A DNA stretch of 64,000 nucleotides from Eledone cirrhosa. Its lineage: Eukaryota. The stretch covers positions 18,205 to 82,204 of the forward strand of contig CAXHJY010001510.1 of assembly GCA_964016885.1 (NCBI GenBank). The letters are read 5' to 3'. The translations under genes and the position numbers were made by a program. Shown here one piece after another: positions 1 to 13,009 of the stretch. A model generated the notes under the pieces. That model made no database searches and was not told where the DNA came from. It saw nothing but the letters and a program-made list of their open reading frames with translations. Each line of letters begins with the position of its first letter. Position 1 is the stretch's first letter.

Positions 1-96
1 TATATATATACATGTATATATATATATATATATATATGCATGTACATTCATATATATACATATACACACATAAATATATTTATATAAATACATACA

Positions 97-147
<51 letters not shown>

Positions 148-430
148 TACATACATATATACATACATATACATATATATACATACATATACATATATGT
201 ATATACATACGTACATATATATATATACATATATATACATAATACTTATATATACATATATATGCACACACACACGCACACAAGTATATATACTTGCGTC
301 CACCTGGCCCCCACCAGGTTTTGTACTGTGGTCAGATCTATTCATAAGTCACCTGTTGTCATCTGTCGTAATGTCCATTTTTCTTAGAATAAAAGATGCT
401 AAACGTTATTTAAACATTACGTCACATAAT

Positions 431-1006
431 TCTAGAAAATTATTTAGAACATCTAAGAAAATTATTTAGAATATCTAAGAAAATTATTTAGAATATCTAA
501 GAAAATTATTTAGAACATCTAAGAAAATTATTTAGAACATCTAAGAAAATTATTTAGAATATCTAAGAAAATTATTTAGAACATCTAAGAAAATTATTTA
601 GAACATCTAAGAAAATTATTTAGAACATCTAAGAAAATTATTTAGAACATCTAAGAAAATTATTTAGAACATCTAAGAAAATTATTTAGAACATCTAAGA
701 AAATTATTTAGAATATCTAAGAAAATTATTTAGAATATCTAAGAAAATTATTTAGAATATCTAAAATAATTATTTAGAATATCTAAGAAAATTATTTAGA
801 ATATCTAAGAAAATTATTTAGAATATCTAAGAAAATTATTTAGAATATCTAAGAAAATTATTTAGAATTTCTAAGAAAATTATTTAGAAGATCTAAGAAA
901 ATTATTTAGAACATCTAAGAAAATTATTTAGAAGATCTAAGAAAATTATTTGGAACATCTAAGAAAATTATTTAGAATATCTAAGAAAATTATTTAGAAT
1001 ATCTAA
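431..1006. repeat. 22-bp minisatellite (ATCTAAGAAAATTATTTAGAA[C/T]), about 26 copies
   Basis: Unit starts at 451, 473, etc.; near-identical copies; unit is semi-palindromic (TCTAA...TTAGA). Confidence 0.95.
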
Positions 1007-1648
1007 ATTCATAAATTAATATGGAAAATAATAGAAAAATATATTCTTCGTAAATTAAAAAGCATTTAGAGAAATTCTTTCTAACTTTTTTTCTTTGGAG
1101 CAAATACGAAGAGTTTGTGGGGTCTTCCTAGTCTGGAATAACCTACATACAATGGACCGTGTGTTAATGGAACGAAATCTTGTTGGCTATGTAACTCAGA
1201 AAAGCAGAAATACTCTCACAACTGGCTCCAGAGAAACACTGCTTAAATACACGCCTTGACTGTTTCAGTTGCTGTCCGAACGAAGCGGAATTCATTCTAA
1301 GAAAATGGTAAAGACCAGACTAATTAATTTGAATATCAAGGAATATATTTTTTTTTAATTACTGCCTCATATGAACTTCAAGGAATTAGATTTCTTTGAA
1401 TTAATAACTTAGCATAAATTCTCTACATTTGGTATTAGTTTTAGGATAGTTACCTTCCTTTAATGTATTTAATAATTTTGTTTATTTATAGCTCATATAT
1501 ATACATGTATGTATATATACATATATATATATAAATACATACATAGATATAATATATATACATACATATATATATATACACATACATATATATATACATA
1601 CATAAATACATATATATACATACATATATACATATATTTATATATACA

Positions 1649-1679
<31 letters not shown>

Positions 1680-2253
1680 AATACATAGGTACATATATAT
1701 ATACACATACATATTTATGCATACATATACGTACATACATATACATACATATATATATATGTATACGTACATATATATATGTACATACACATACATACAT
1801 ATACATACACATATATATATATACATGCACACGCACACCCACACACACATACATATATAAATACATACATTATCTCTCCTCTCTCTTTCTCTCTCTCTCT
1901 ATATATAGTTATGTAATAAACAACATAAGGCAATTATTCCATTTACCAGTGGTTTCTTAAAAGCAAAAAAATTTGCTTTCAATCATCAGAATGAAAAAAT
2001 CTATTTAAGTTAAATAAGATCTACATACAACTGTATCTGCACCTCGGCGGCAAGCTTGCTGGCGTGCAAATTCGTGCATCAACGTGGTATTGCAGTTGTA
2101 ATGCCTGTTTGTCCAATAGATGTGAAAACCGGTCTGTTTGTTAGATGTGTGTGGGAGAAGATAACCAAATGCAGAATGGGCAGGAATATTTACAGGTGTC
2201 TTTTGATAAAAAACCGAGATGAATGCAGTTAAAAATATAGATATAAATATAGA

Positions 2254-2365
2254 CTCTCAGAGTTCTTTCGTCACACACCCGTGACATCATCAGTGATACT
2301 ATTGTTAGGAAACATAATAGTATCACTGAAGATGCCACAGGTGTGTGACGAAAGGACTCTAAGAG
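2254..2365. ncRNA. Inverted pair of minimal hammerhead motifs (family A')
   Basis: Minus strand TCA-CTGATGA-T-GTCACG GGTG TGTGAC-GAAA-GAACTC-TGA; plus strand TCA-CTGAAGA-TGCCACAGGTGTGTGAC-GAAA-GGACTC. The two are reverse-complement arms around a short spacer. Confidence 0.7.
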
Positions 2366-2783
2366 ATGAATATATGAAAATATTGCGACTAGATGTAAAT
2401 AAAGAGAGGTACCATGTAAAATGTGCAACATGCCACACACACACATACATATATATATATATACACAGACAGAATGAGAGAAACAGGGATGAGCGTGTAT
2501 ATATATATACATATATATATATATACACACACATATATATATATACATATATATATACACACACACACACACACATATATATACATATATACAAACACAC
2601 ACCCACATATATATACATACATATACAGACACACAAATATATATTCATATATATAGACACAGATATATATATACATATATAAATATATACACACACATAT
2701 TTATATACACACGCACACATATATGCATATATGCATATACACATCAACATATATATATATACATATATACGCAGACACACACC

Positions 2784-2828
<45 letters not shown>

Positions 2829-3051
2829 GTATAAACATATATACACACACACACATACATATACATACACACACATACATATACATACACACACATACAC
2901 ACTCACACGCACACACACACACACACATATACATATATGTATAAACATACACACACACACACACATACATATACATACACACACATACACACTCATACGC
3001 ACACACACACACACACATACACACTCACACGCACACACACACACTCACACG

Positions 3052-3116
<65 letters not shown>

Positions 3117-3659
3117 ATATATACACACATATATATATATATATATATCGAAAAAAAAATAACAGAACACAAAATGGACGACAAGAAAGGAAATAAAATA
3201 AAATAAAATAAAATAAAATAAAATAAAATAAAATAAAATAAAATAAAATAAAATAAAATAAAATAAAATAAGATAAAATAAAATAAAATAAAATGAAATA
3301 AAATAAAATAAAATAAAATAAAATAAAAATAAAATTTTAAAAAAAATTAAGAGAGAGGGCGGGGGAGGGGGCGTTAAAATCCAACAATGAAATTTGAAGG
3401 AGATACTTGAGGAAGGAAACAAAAATGAGTGAAAGAGAAAGATAATGAGTGAGTGAAAGAATAAATTTGAATGAAACATGGTGATAGATATCATTAAGGA
3501 GAATGTGGTAGTTAGTAATGGTAATTACGTTAATGAGGATTGTGATAAACAAGAACGCAGACGACCGATATTACAATATGGACGACTCGACACACGGCTA
3601 CTAAGGAGACATTTACTTGGTTGGTTACTGTAGGTGGATATATATACATACATATATAT

Positions 3660-3699
<40 letters not shown>

Positions 3700-3753
3700 C
3701 GTTTCTGAATTTGTTTAGCAAGATTCTTTATCTGAAAACGTGTGTTGAAACCG

Positions 3754-4191
3754 ATATTGTTATACTTTGGGAGGGTCATGTTGCCAATAAGAAACACACG
3801 CACCAGTTGCTTTCACTTCAATTTATTATAATAAATTTAAAAATTTAGGAATTTATAAATTTTCGGTTGGTTGGTTGGTTGGTTCCACAACCAGATGGTT
3901 GTTTATATATTGTCAAAGTTCTTTCGTCACATATTCTGTGACCTCTTCAGTGGCTGGGGATTATTTTTTTGTTTTTTGTGCCTCTCCTTTGTTCTGTCCC
4001 CAGTCACTGAAGAGGTCACAGAATGTGTGACGAAAGAACTTTGACGATATATAAACAACCATCTGGTTGTGGAACCAACCAACCAACCGGAAATTTATAA
4101 ATTCCTAAATTTATAAATTTATTGTAATAAATTGAAGTGAAATCAACTGGTGCGTGTGTTTCTTATTGGCAACATGACCCTCCCAAAGTAT

Positions 4192-4200
<9 letters not shown>
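3754..4200. mobile_element. Fold-back, (TA)n-flanked element with a hammerhead on each strand (family A; Penelope-like pLTR remnant)
   Basis: Arms of about 205 bp (3754-3960 and 3997-4200). Plus HHR 4003-4045 is GTCA-CTGAAGA-G-GTCACA/TGTGAC-GAAA-GAACTT-TGAC; its mirror is at 3912-3954. The tail sequence recurs at 56209-56350. Confidence 0.8.
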
Positions 4201-4841
<641 letters not shown>

Positions 4842-4869
4842 TTGGTGCTCTGAAATAGCCATATATATA

Positions 4870-5102
4870 TGAATGTATATATAGTGCATTTTGCAATACA
4901 CTTTATGCTTAATTAAAAGCATTTCGAAGACCTTATGCTATTGTTTTAGAGTAGTGACAGACTGACTTACTTTAATTTCAGCAAACTGTTTGCTGAAATT
5001 AAAGTAAGTGAGTCTGTCATTACTCTAAAACAATAGCATAAGGTCTTCGAAATGCTTTTAATTAAACATAAAGTGTATTGCAAAATGCACTATATATACA
5101 TT

Positions 5103-5104
<2 letters not shown>
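4870..5104. repeat. Near-perfect palindrome (arms about 117 bp) between (TA)n tracts
   Basis: Centre TTCAGCAAAC-T-GTTTGCTGAA at about 4987; arms differ at only a few positions. Confidence 0.9.
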
Positions 5105-5155
<51 letters not shown>

Positions 5156-5367
5156 TATTTATGTATCGAGAGAGAGAAAAAAAGAGGATAGGTGATACAT
5201 ATAGTTATTTGCCAAGTAGCGTATGCCAAAGTTGCTCGATACTAGTGCCGGCAGTATTAAATATTCGATGTGTTAATATTTAGTGGGCTAGAGAGTTAGC
5301 AGAGCGTAAGCACGTGGGAAAGTAAGAAATCGGAGAATAGACCGTTAAAACATGTTTATTTAAAACA

Positions 5368-5407
5368 GCACCTACGTACGTTTCGCCCAGTTGGGCTTCT
5401 CAAGGGC
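5368..5407 (-). ncRNA. Minimal type I hammerhead variant (U3-A8) in the PLE 3' region
   Basis: Minus strand GCCC-TTGAGAA-GCCC AACT GGGC-GAAA-CGTACGTA-GGTGC: palindromic stem III, GUA triplet, AATAAA about 10 nt downstream. Confidence 0.65.
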
Positions 5408-5775
5408 ATAAATAATCAAAAGTGTTCCCTACATTGCTCGGAAAGAGTTTTTGGGGTTAAATCCACGTCAAGGTTCATTGCTCGCAAAAATAGCTTGTTT
5501 TGGTTTTGCAGCAGGTCAAGAGAGGTAACTCTGGCCGGTGTTAGGGCAGTCTTTCCCGGACACATTTTTTTATCCGCTACGAGATGAGGTTACAACCTTA
5601 CCATTGTCGATACGCATGTAATCAACGCTTATTTTGAGAGTTTTTTTGCCGCATCTGTTTGTCTGAGTCGTTTGAGGCTGGGTCTGGTATGCAAGGATAG
5701 TTTCCTGGGTGTTATTTTGCAGCGCCTGCCCGCCGGGGTGTTAAGACTTGTTGCAGGGAGATCCGGTGCACGGTT

Positions 5776-7224
5776 TCACTCCTCATCCTTAACCCATCTG
5801 AAGAAGGATATTTTTAAGCGATGTGTACAACTTATCGCTGTTTCAGCTCTGCTATTGATGAGCTCGTGTGGTGCAGTTATGATGTGGTAGAGCTCCATGA
5901 GGCAAAGATCGCATTTCCTCTTGAAGTTGTACGGTGCAGCCCTGCCGACAATATCCCAGTGCGTGGAGAAGCTGATGTTTAAGTCCTTTAGTGATGTGAT
6001 GTAGTCCGCGTGCGAAGTGGAGTGTCTTAGTTTTTTATTTGTGAAAGAGTGGAGATGTGTTCGAAACCTAATTTTGAACGGGCCAGAGGTAGCCCCTATA
6101 TAATGTTTAACGCTATTGTGGATAGTTATAGTGCTTCTATATATAACCCTATCAGTCAAGCAGTATCCTCTAAGAAGGCAGCGTCCTCTGTCGCGGCAGT
6201 TGCAATTTCCGTCGCGGTTCCGTCTATTTCCCACGGTAAGGCTATCGTTGTTGCTGCCTACGTTGTTACCTACGCTACCGCAGCTGTCGTTAGCACCATT
6301 ACAACCCACAGCACGCGGGGTGGTGCGATTGTTATTCCGCACGTCATGTCCTGCATGTTCCCCAGTCATTTCGCGGTTATGCTGGTTGCGTCCGCGGATG
6401 CCGTTCCCAACACTATTGGATGCTGCCAGGGAGTTGTTAAGGTCGATATAGTTATTGTCAGGTGTAGGTGCGTCTGTGTCGAGTTGCTGTGTCTTGGTGA
6501 TCTTACTGTGGTTCGTTGTTCCTATGATGTCTTCTAGGTTAGGAGTAGTAGACAAGGATATTTTTATATTGTTCCTATTTAGAATTTTTCTATACCTATA
6601 GTTGGGCGGGAAGTTCTTCTCTAAGGCTTCGAAGAACATCCCGGTATGTTGGAGGCCACACTCCGAGAGTAGGAGGGGGTGGAACCATAGGACGTTACGG
6701 TGGCGATTACATGTCCTTGTACGTTTGCTACGGGTGGTTCCATCTAGGTTACCGTTCTTATGTGTGTTAATGCGCAGTCGCCCGTTCGGTGCCCCTTTCA
6801 CTTTATGCTCGGGTGCACTCTTCCTACCTCTTCCATGTTTATGTACAAGAAGATGTCGTTTGGAAGGCGTTGGTAGTAGGCCGTCGCCTTTGTTGGTTTT
6901 GTAATAGGGGAATAGTTCGAGTAATCTACAGTGGTCACCGTCGCCGGGGTCGTGATATTTAGTGCGGTTATCTATTCCATTATATCCGACTTCAACGAGG
7001 TCGCCGCGTGATCGGTTATAGGTATGGCTTACTATAACGTTCGTTTTATGAGGGGGGGGGGGGGTTCTAGAGCTAGCGTTAAGGATGTAGGAAATTCCTC
7101 GGTTAAAGCCGGCGCTTATCAAGGCCCTATTGTAGTAATCTGCCGCTTGGTTAAAGATATCCTCATTGGCGGATAGCCTCGAGATTCTATGTGAGATACT
7201 ATAGACTATGGAGTTGAGAGTCTG

Positions 7225-7226
<2 letters not shown>
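5776..7226 (-). CDS. Penelope-like ORF C-terminal part: RT thumb, linker, GIY-YIG endonuclease
   Basis: The frame stays open upstream of the tracked start (KQTLNSIVYSISHRISRLSANEDIFNQAADYYNRALISAGF, a PLE thumb). Motifs: WFHP...FP....YRKILNRNNIKISLS, CNCRDRGRCLLRGYC, VIY...YIG...FKIRF..H..SF (GIY-YIG), C-terminal CDLC...E...LINSRAE....CTH. Confidence 0.88.
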
Positions 7227-7309
<83 letters not shown>

Positions 7310-7379
7310 GCAAGTCTGAAGAACTATTAGATAAAATATATACAGTACTTCCTCTCCTAATCAGTATACATATATGCAT

Positions 7380-7650
7380 ATATGCAGAGTTTATATTTAA
7401 TTTGTTGGGATTCAACAAGCTTAAACATTTTTATAATTGATATAAAGCACTCAACAGATAATGGATCTATCCAGGAAGCTCCAACCGTTAAGGTTGTCTT
7501 TTTTTCCGGTATGTCAATATTTATTCATAAAACGAATCTGTATTTTATCTGATGAAAGCGCACCATAATTTGTCTTGGTTGCCCTTGAAATATGTATAAT
7601 AAAATAAATATGGGTTTATAAATATAGTTTCCATTTATTAATATATTGTA
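7380..7650 (+). mobile_element. Family B hammerhead element copy
   Basis: HHR 7543-7604 is nearly identical to 4554-4615 and abuts (TA)n. An inverted tail fragment lies at 7380-7455. Confidence 0.8.
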
Positions 7651-8048
7651 TATATATATATATATATATATAAATACATACATATATATATACATACATA
7701 TATATATATATACATATAATATATATACATATAATATATATACATATAATATATACATATATATATATACATATATACATATACATATATATATATATAT
7801 ACACATATATATATATACATATATATATATATACATATATATATATACATGTATATACATATATATATACATATACATATATATATATACATATATACAT
7901 ATATATTTACATATATACATATATATTTACATATATACATATATATTTACATATATATATAAATATATATATATAAATATATATATATAAATATATATAT
8001 ATAAATATATATATATATAAATATATATATACATATATATTTATAAAT

Positions 8049-8103
<55 letters not shown>

Positions 8104-9599
8104 TATAAATATATATATATATAAATATATATATACATATATATATATAAATTAATATATATATATACATATATATAGATATATATATATACATATATAT
8201 ATATAAATATATATATACACACATATATATATATATATACATATATATATATGAATATATATATACATATATATATGTAAATATATATATATACACATAC
8301 ATATATATATAAATATATTATTCAAAATGTTAATTGTAAAATTGTATTCGTTGAGTAATCAACGAACCATACTAATCTTTGGTTATATATAAATATATAT
8401 ATACATGTAATACAGTATATATAAATATATATATACATACATATATCTATATAAATATATATATATATACATATACATATAAATATATATATACATATAC
8501 ATATAAATATATATATACATACATATATATATATATACATATATATTCATCCTCCTCCTCCTCCCCTCCACCACTTCCCCACCCTTTCCTCCACCACCCA
8601 CACCTATACCTAAGGTGTGTGTGGGGATGGGTGGGTGGGGGGTGACGACCACACCGACCAACCAACCAAACAACAGCAACTTCCCCAACAACCTCACATT
8701 ACCCAACGCTCTACCAACCAATTCTACCAACCTTACGTCATTCCATATATTACTATCTAATTAAAGGTGTGTTACATGAAGGTAAATCCCAACATTATCG
8801 CTCATTAAATCACCTGATAATCACCTGATAATGAAGCCGACGGAAACGATAATGTGCATTTTATTTATTTATTTTATTTATTTACTCATTTCATTTATTT
8901 ATTTTATTTATTTTATTTATTTTATTTATTTATTTTATTTATTTACTCATTTCATTTATTTATTTTATTTATTTTATTTATTTTATTTATTTATTTTATT
9001 TATTTTATTTATTTATTCATTTCATTTATTTATTTTATTTATTTTATTTATTTATTTATTCATTTCATTTATTTATTTATTTATTTTATTTATTTATTCA
9101 TTTCATTTATTTATTTTATTTATTTATTCATTTCATTTATTTATTTTATTTATTTTATTTATTTATTTTATTTATTCATTTCATTTATTTATTTTATTTA
9201 TTTTATTTATTTATTTATTTATTTATTCATTTCATTTATTTATTTTATTTATTTTATTTATTTATTCTTTCTTTTCATTCATTGGTTTCCACTCTTTCCG
9301 TTCCGCCTTTGCCCCCCTTCCCCCTCCCCTTCCTCTCCCACCTTCTCCTCCTTCCTTTCATCATTTGCATCGTCATCATTACCATCATCATCATCATCAT
9401 CATCATCGTCGTCGTCATCATAATCAAGATCATCGTCGCCATCATCATCATCATCACCATCGCCATCGTCACCATCATCACCACCGCCATCAGCATCATC
9501 ACGACCATCATCACCACCATCACCACCATCATAATCAATCGTCCCCATAATGCTCATCTTTTTCTTCATCTCCCCCTGACCCCTCCCGCTACCGCCACC

Positions 9600-10060
9600 T
9601 GGTGGTGTCCAGCAGAAGCAAGCGGGACAATCGTCGATGCATTTCCAACTGAACTGGTACTCATCAGGACGATCGCTCCATTCTTGCAACTGCTGGACTT
9701 TGAAAATAGGCGAGAATATATAGTTTTCTCGTCTGTGTAAATGAGGTGATTAATCACATTTGTATATGAAGCTGTATAACTTGGCTCAACATAAAATAGA
9801 ATAGAAGTAGAATTTAGCTTCGAACATAGCTGCATACAGATATGTACTGGAATTTTGAAATTCTAAAGAAATACGGTATGTTTTATAAATAAACATTTAG
9901 AAAGCTGTAGCTATGCAAAAAACACAGGCAGCTATCGTCACCCGATGGTGTCCAGTAGAAGCAAGAGGGACAATCGTCGATGCATTTTGAACTGAACTGA
10001 ACTGGTTCTCATTAGGACGATCGCTCCTGCTCTTGCAAATGATGGACTTGAAAACAGGTA
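9600..10060 (-). ncRNA. Two direct-repeat hammerhead-bearing hairpins with a 343-bp period (retrozyme-like, family I)
   Basis: HHR motifs at 9628-9675 and 9971-10023 (minus): 8-bp stem I CGATCGTC/GACGATTG, CTGATGA, consensus stem II GAAC/GTTC, GAAA, ATGCAT palindrome, AUC triplet. Confidence 0.7.
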
Positions 10061-10191
10061 CAAAAAATGTGTACACACACATACGCATATCTAAATAAAC
10101 AACACAATGCACTCTATCCGTATACGTGAGAAGAAAATGAAAAGAGAATGGAAAACATGCAAAATTGTCGACATAATAACTTCCTTTATCA

Positions 10192-10312
10192 AGGCGTGTG
10201 GCCTGAAGTGGTTAGATAATTGGATTCACAATCTTGAGGTTGTGAGTTTCGATTCCTGGACCGGGCGATGCCTTATGTCCTTGAGCAAGACACTCTATTT
10301 CACGTTGCTTCT
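10192..10312 (+). mobile_element. tRNA-derived SINE with CORE-like domain
   Basis: A-box-like TGGCCTGAAGTGG, B-box-like GTTTCGATTCC, then GTCCTTGAGCAAGACAC. Similar copies at 23445-23765, 38155-38270 and 41240-41380. Confidence 0.7.
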
Positions 10313-10476
10313 TCTACCTGGAGTTGCGACCGATAGATAGTATTAGCAACTGGAAAGACCAACGGAAACATTGTTTCCTCGGTCCGATTTGACAAAGTCG
10401 ATCGATATATATATATATTATCAGCGGAGCCAAACGACGTACCTTCTGTGTTTTGCTAAAAAGCTTCACATTTTGT

Positions 10477-10650
10477 AATTGGCAGTATCGGTAGAGGGTC
10501 GGACATGCTTTCCAGCATAGTTACGTCCTTTTACGTTCAAATCCCGCCGAGGTTAACTTTGCCTTTCATCCATACGGAGGTCGATAAAATAAAGTACCAG
10601 TAATGTACTGGGTAATTGCTGGCCTGGTTCCAAAAGTAGAAACAATTATC
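10477..10650 (+). mobile_element. tRNA-derived SINE, abundant family (Meta-domain-like GCCTTTCATCC...GGTCGATAAAATAAAGTACCAG)
   Basis: TGGCAGTATCGGTAGAG A-box, GTTCAAATCC B-box and a conserved central motif; at least 15 copies in the window. Confidence 0.85.
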
Positions 10651-11409
10651 TACTAAACAGGAGGCTGAAAGTCATTGCCACTAATGAGCTGGATGATCAC
10701 CTTTAGATTAAAGCCGACATATACTCTTGTTATTAAAAGTACTAGCAGAAAAACCACTATTCGGGTGGTTTTCTGCTAGCATGTGTAGTGTGTATATTCA
10801 TATTATACACAGGTATATATACAATGTAGATATGATACATCAAATAAAATCGTAATTGAACGAAGACGTTGTTACACTGTCTTATGTAATCAGTAAAGTA
10901 ATCCATGATAGATTAAAAAAAGACGATATTATATATAAACTGCATTAGGAGAAAATTAGTGACAGAAAATTAGTATGTTTATTTAAGTAATCGCCACCGG
11001 AAGTGTTGACATCACACACTCTCTCTTTCTATATATATGGTAGTTGAAGTGGTGGTGGCGGTGGCAACGATATACCGGAAGTGCAACTTTGAAAAGAAGT
11101 CAATTTTAAATTATTTATTTTTACGAAATTATTTTTGTTTACGAAATTTAGTCGATAAATTATGTAATATTCATTCATTATTTATTCAAAGTAATTCAAC
11201 TTATTTTACTAACGGGATAAAAAAAAACAAAAAAACATAAACCGTACGCAAGTCCCGCAGACCTTCCTTTATTATAGTTTAGATTTATTGAATAATTCAT
11301 GCACATTATATAGAACGCACCTACACATTCTACTTTTCACCCACTCCTCTCTTTTGATATATAAACACACACACGTATACATACATATACATATATATAT
11401 AATATATAT

Positions 11410-11489
<80 letters not shown>

Positions 11490-11593
11490 CATGACCGCGG
11501 TGCCGAGCGGTTTCAGCTTATGTGTTGTTCTGAATTGCAAGCCATTTGATTAAAGGTTTCCCCGGTCTAAACAGCGCAGACTTTCTCTCTCTC

Positions 11594-11656
<63 letters not shown>

Positions 11657-11675
11657 TATGTATATATAATATATG

Positions 11676-11728
<53 letters not shown>

Positions 11729-11767
11729 ATATATGTATATATATAATATTATATATATATGTATATA

Positions 11768-11813
<46 letters not shown>

Positions 11814-11832
11814 ATATGTATATATATATATA

Positions 11833-11904
<72 letters not shown>

Positions 11905-11953
11905 ATATTATATATATATATATATTATTATATATAATATATATATATATATA

Positions 11954-12413
11954 TACAATATTAAATAAATGGAAACTATATTTATAAAACCATATTTATT
12001 TCATTATATATATTTCGGGGATATCATATTAACAATATGCTATGCCTTCCTCAGACAAAATACAATATAAACAGTTTTATAGATAAATAGATTCGACATA
12101 CCGTTATAACACCGACTTCCATTTGAAGAGGTTTAGACTGCCAGCCTAAACCTCTTCAAATGGAAGTCGGTGTTATAACGGTATGTCGAATCTATTTATC
12201 TATAAAACTGTTTATATTGTATTTTGTCTGAGGAAGGCATAGCATATTGTTAATATGATATCCCCGAAATATATATAATGAAATAAATATGGTTTTATAA
12301 ATATAGTTTCCATTTATTTAATATTGTAAATATACTCCAAATATTTGTCGAGTGCTTTTATATCAGTTATAAATATTTACTAGTTGTAACCCAACAATTT
12401 AAAATATAACTTT

Positions 12414-12416
<3 letters not shown>
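11954..12416. mobile_element. Family B element as a 375-bp near-perfect palindrome plus 3' tail
   Basis: Arms 11954-12140 and 12142-12328 with a 1-nt spacer; HHR at 12222-12283 (+) mirrored at 11999-12060 (-); (TA)n on both sides. Confidence 0.88.
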
Positions 12417-12481
<65 letters not shown>

Positions 12482-12485
12482 TATG

Positions 12486-12564
<79 letters not shown>

Positions 12565-12810
12565 GTAAGTATGTATGTATGTATGTATGTATACGTACAT
12601 ACATATATGTATACAGACGTACAGTAGTATGTATATATATAAATACACACATATATATATGCACGTATCGTGTGCATGTATGTATATATATACATACTAC
12701 TGTACGTCTGTATACATATATGTATGTACGTATACATACATACATACTTACATTTAAGTAAGTGCCGTACTAAGAGTGAGAAATGAAATTTCGTTTCATT
12801 CTATTCCATT

Positions 12811-12860
<50 letters not shown>

Positions 12861-12886
12861 TTGTATATATATGTATGTATCTCTTC

Positions 12887-12960
<74 letters not shown>

Positions 12961-12977
12961 TTTATATATAGATACAC

Positions 12978-13009
<32 letters not shown>

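Larger units (their letters stand above)
5153..7226 (-). mobile_element. 5'-truncated Penelope-like retroelement (Naiad-type) inserted in (TA)n
   Basis: GC-richer block bounded by TA tracts on both sides. It holds an ORF with RT thumb, Cys linker and GIY-YIG endonuclease, then a 3' region with a hammerhead variant and AATAAA. Confidence 0.88.

Noticed and set aside
431-1006. 22-bp semi-palindromic array as a CRISPR or operator array
   Set aside because: No spacers, eukaryotic context.
1955-1995. Minus-strand CTGATGA-TT-GAAA-GCAAA..TTTGCTT hammerhead-like string
   Set aside because: No stem II and no stem I pairing.
5672-6904. Plus-strand ORFs overlapping the PLE
   Set aside because: Antisense shadows of the PLE ORF.
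9275-9740. His-rich and Asp-rich ORFs
   Set aside because: Derived from (CAT)n/(CAC)n trinucleotide repeats.
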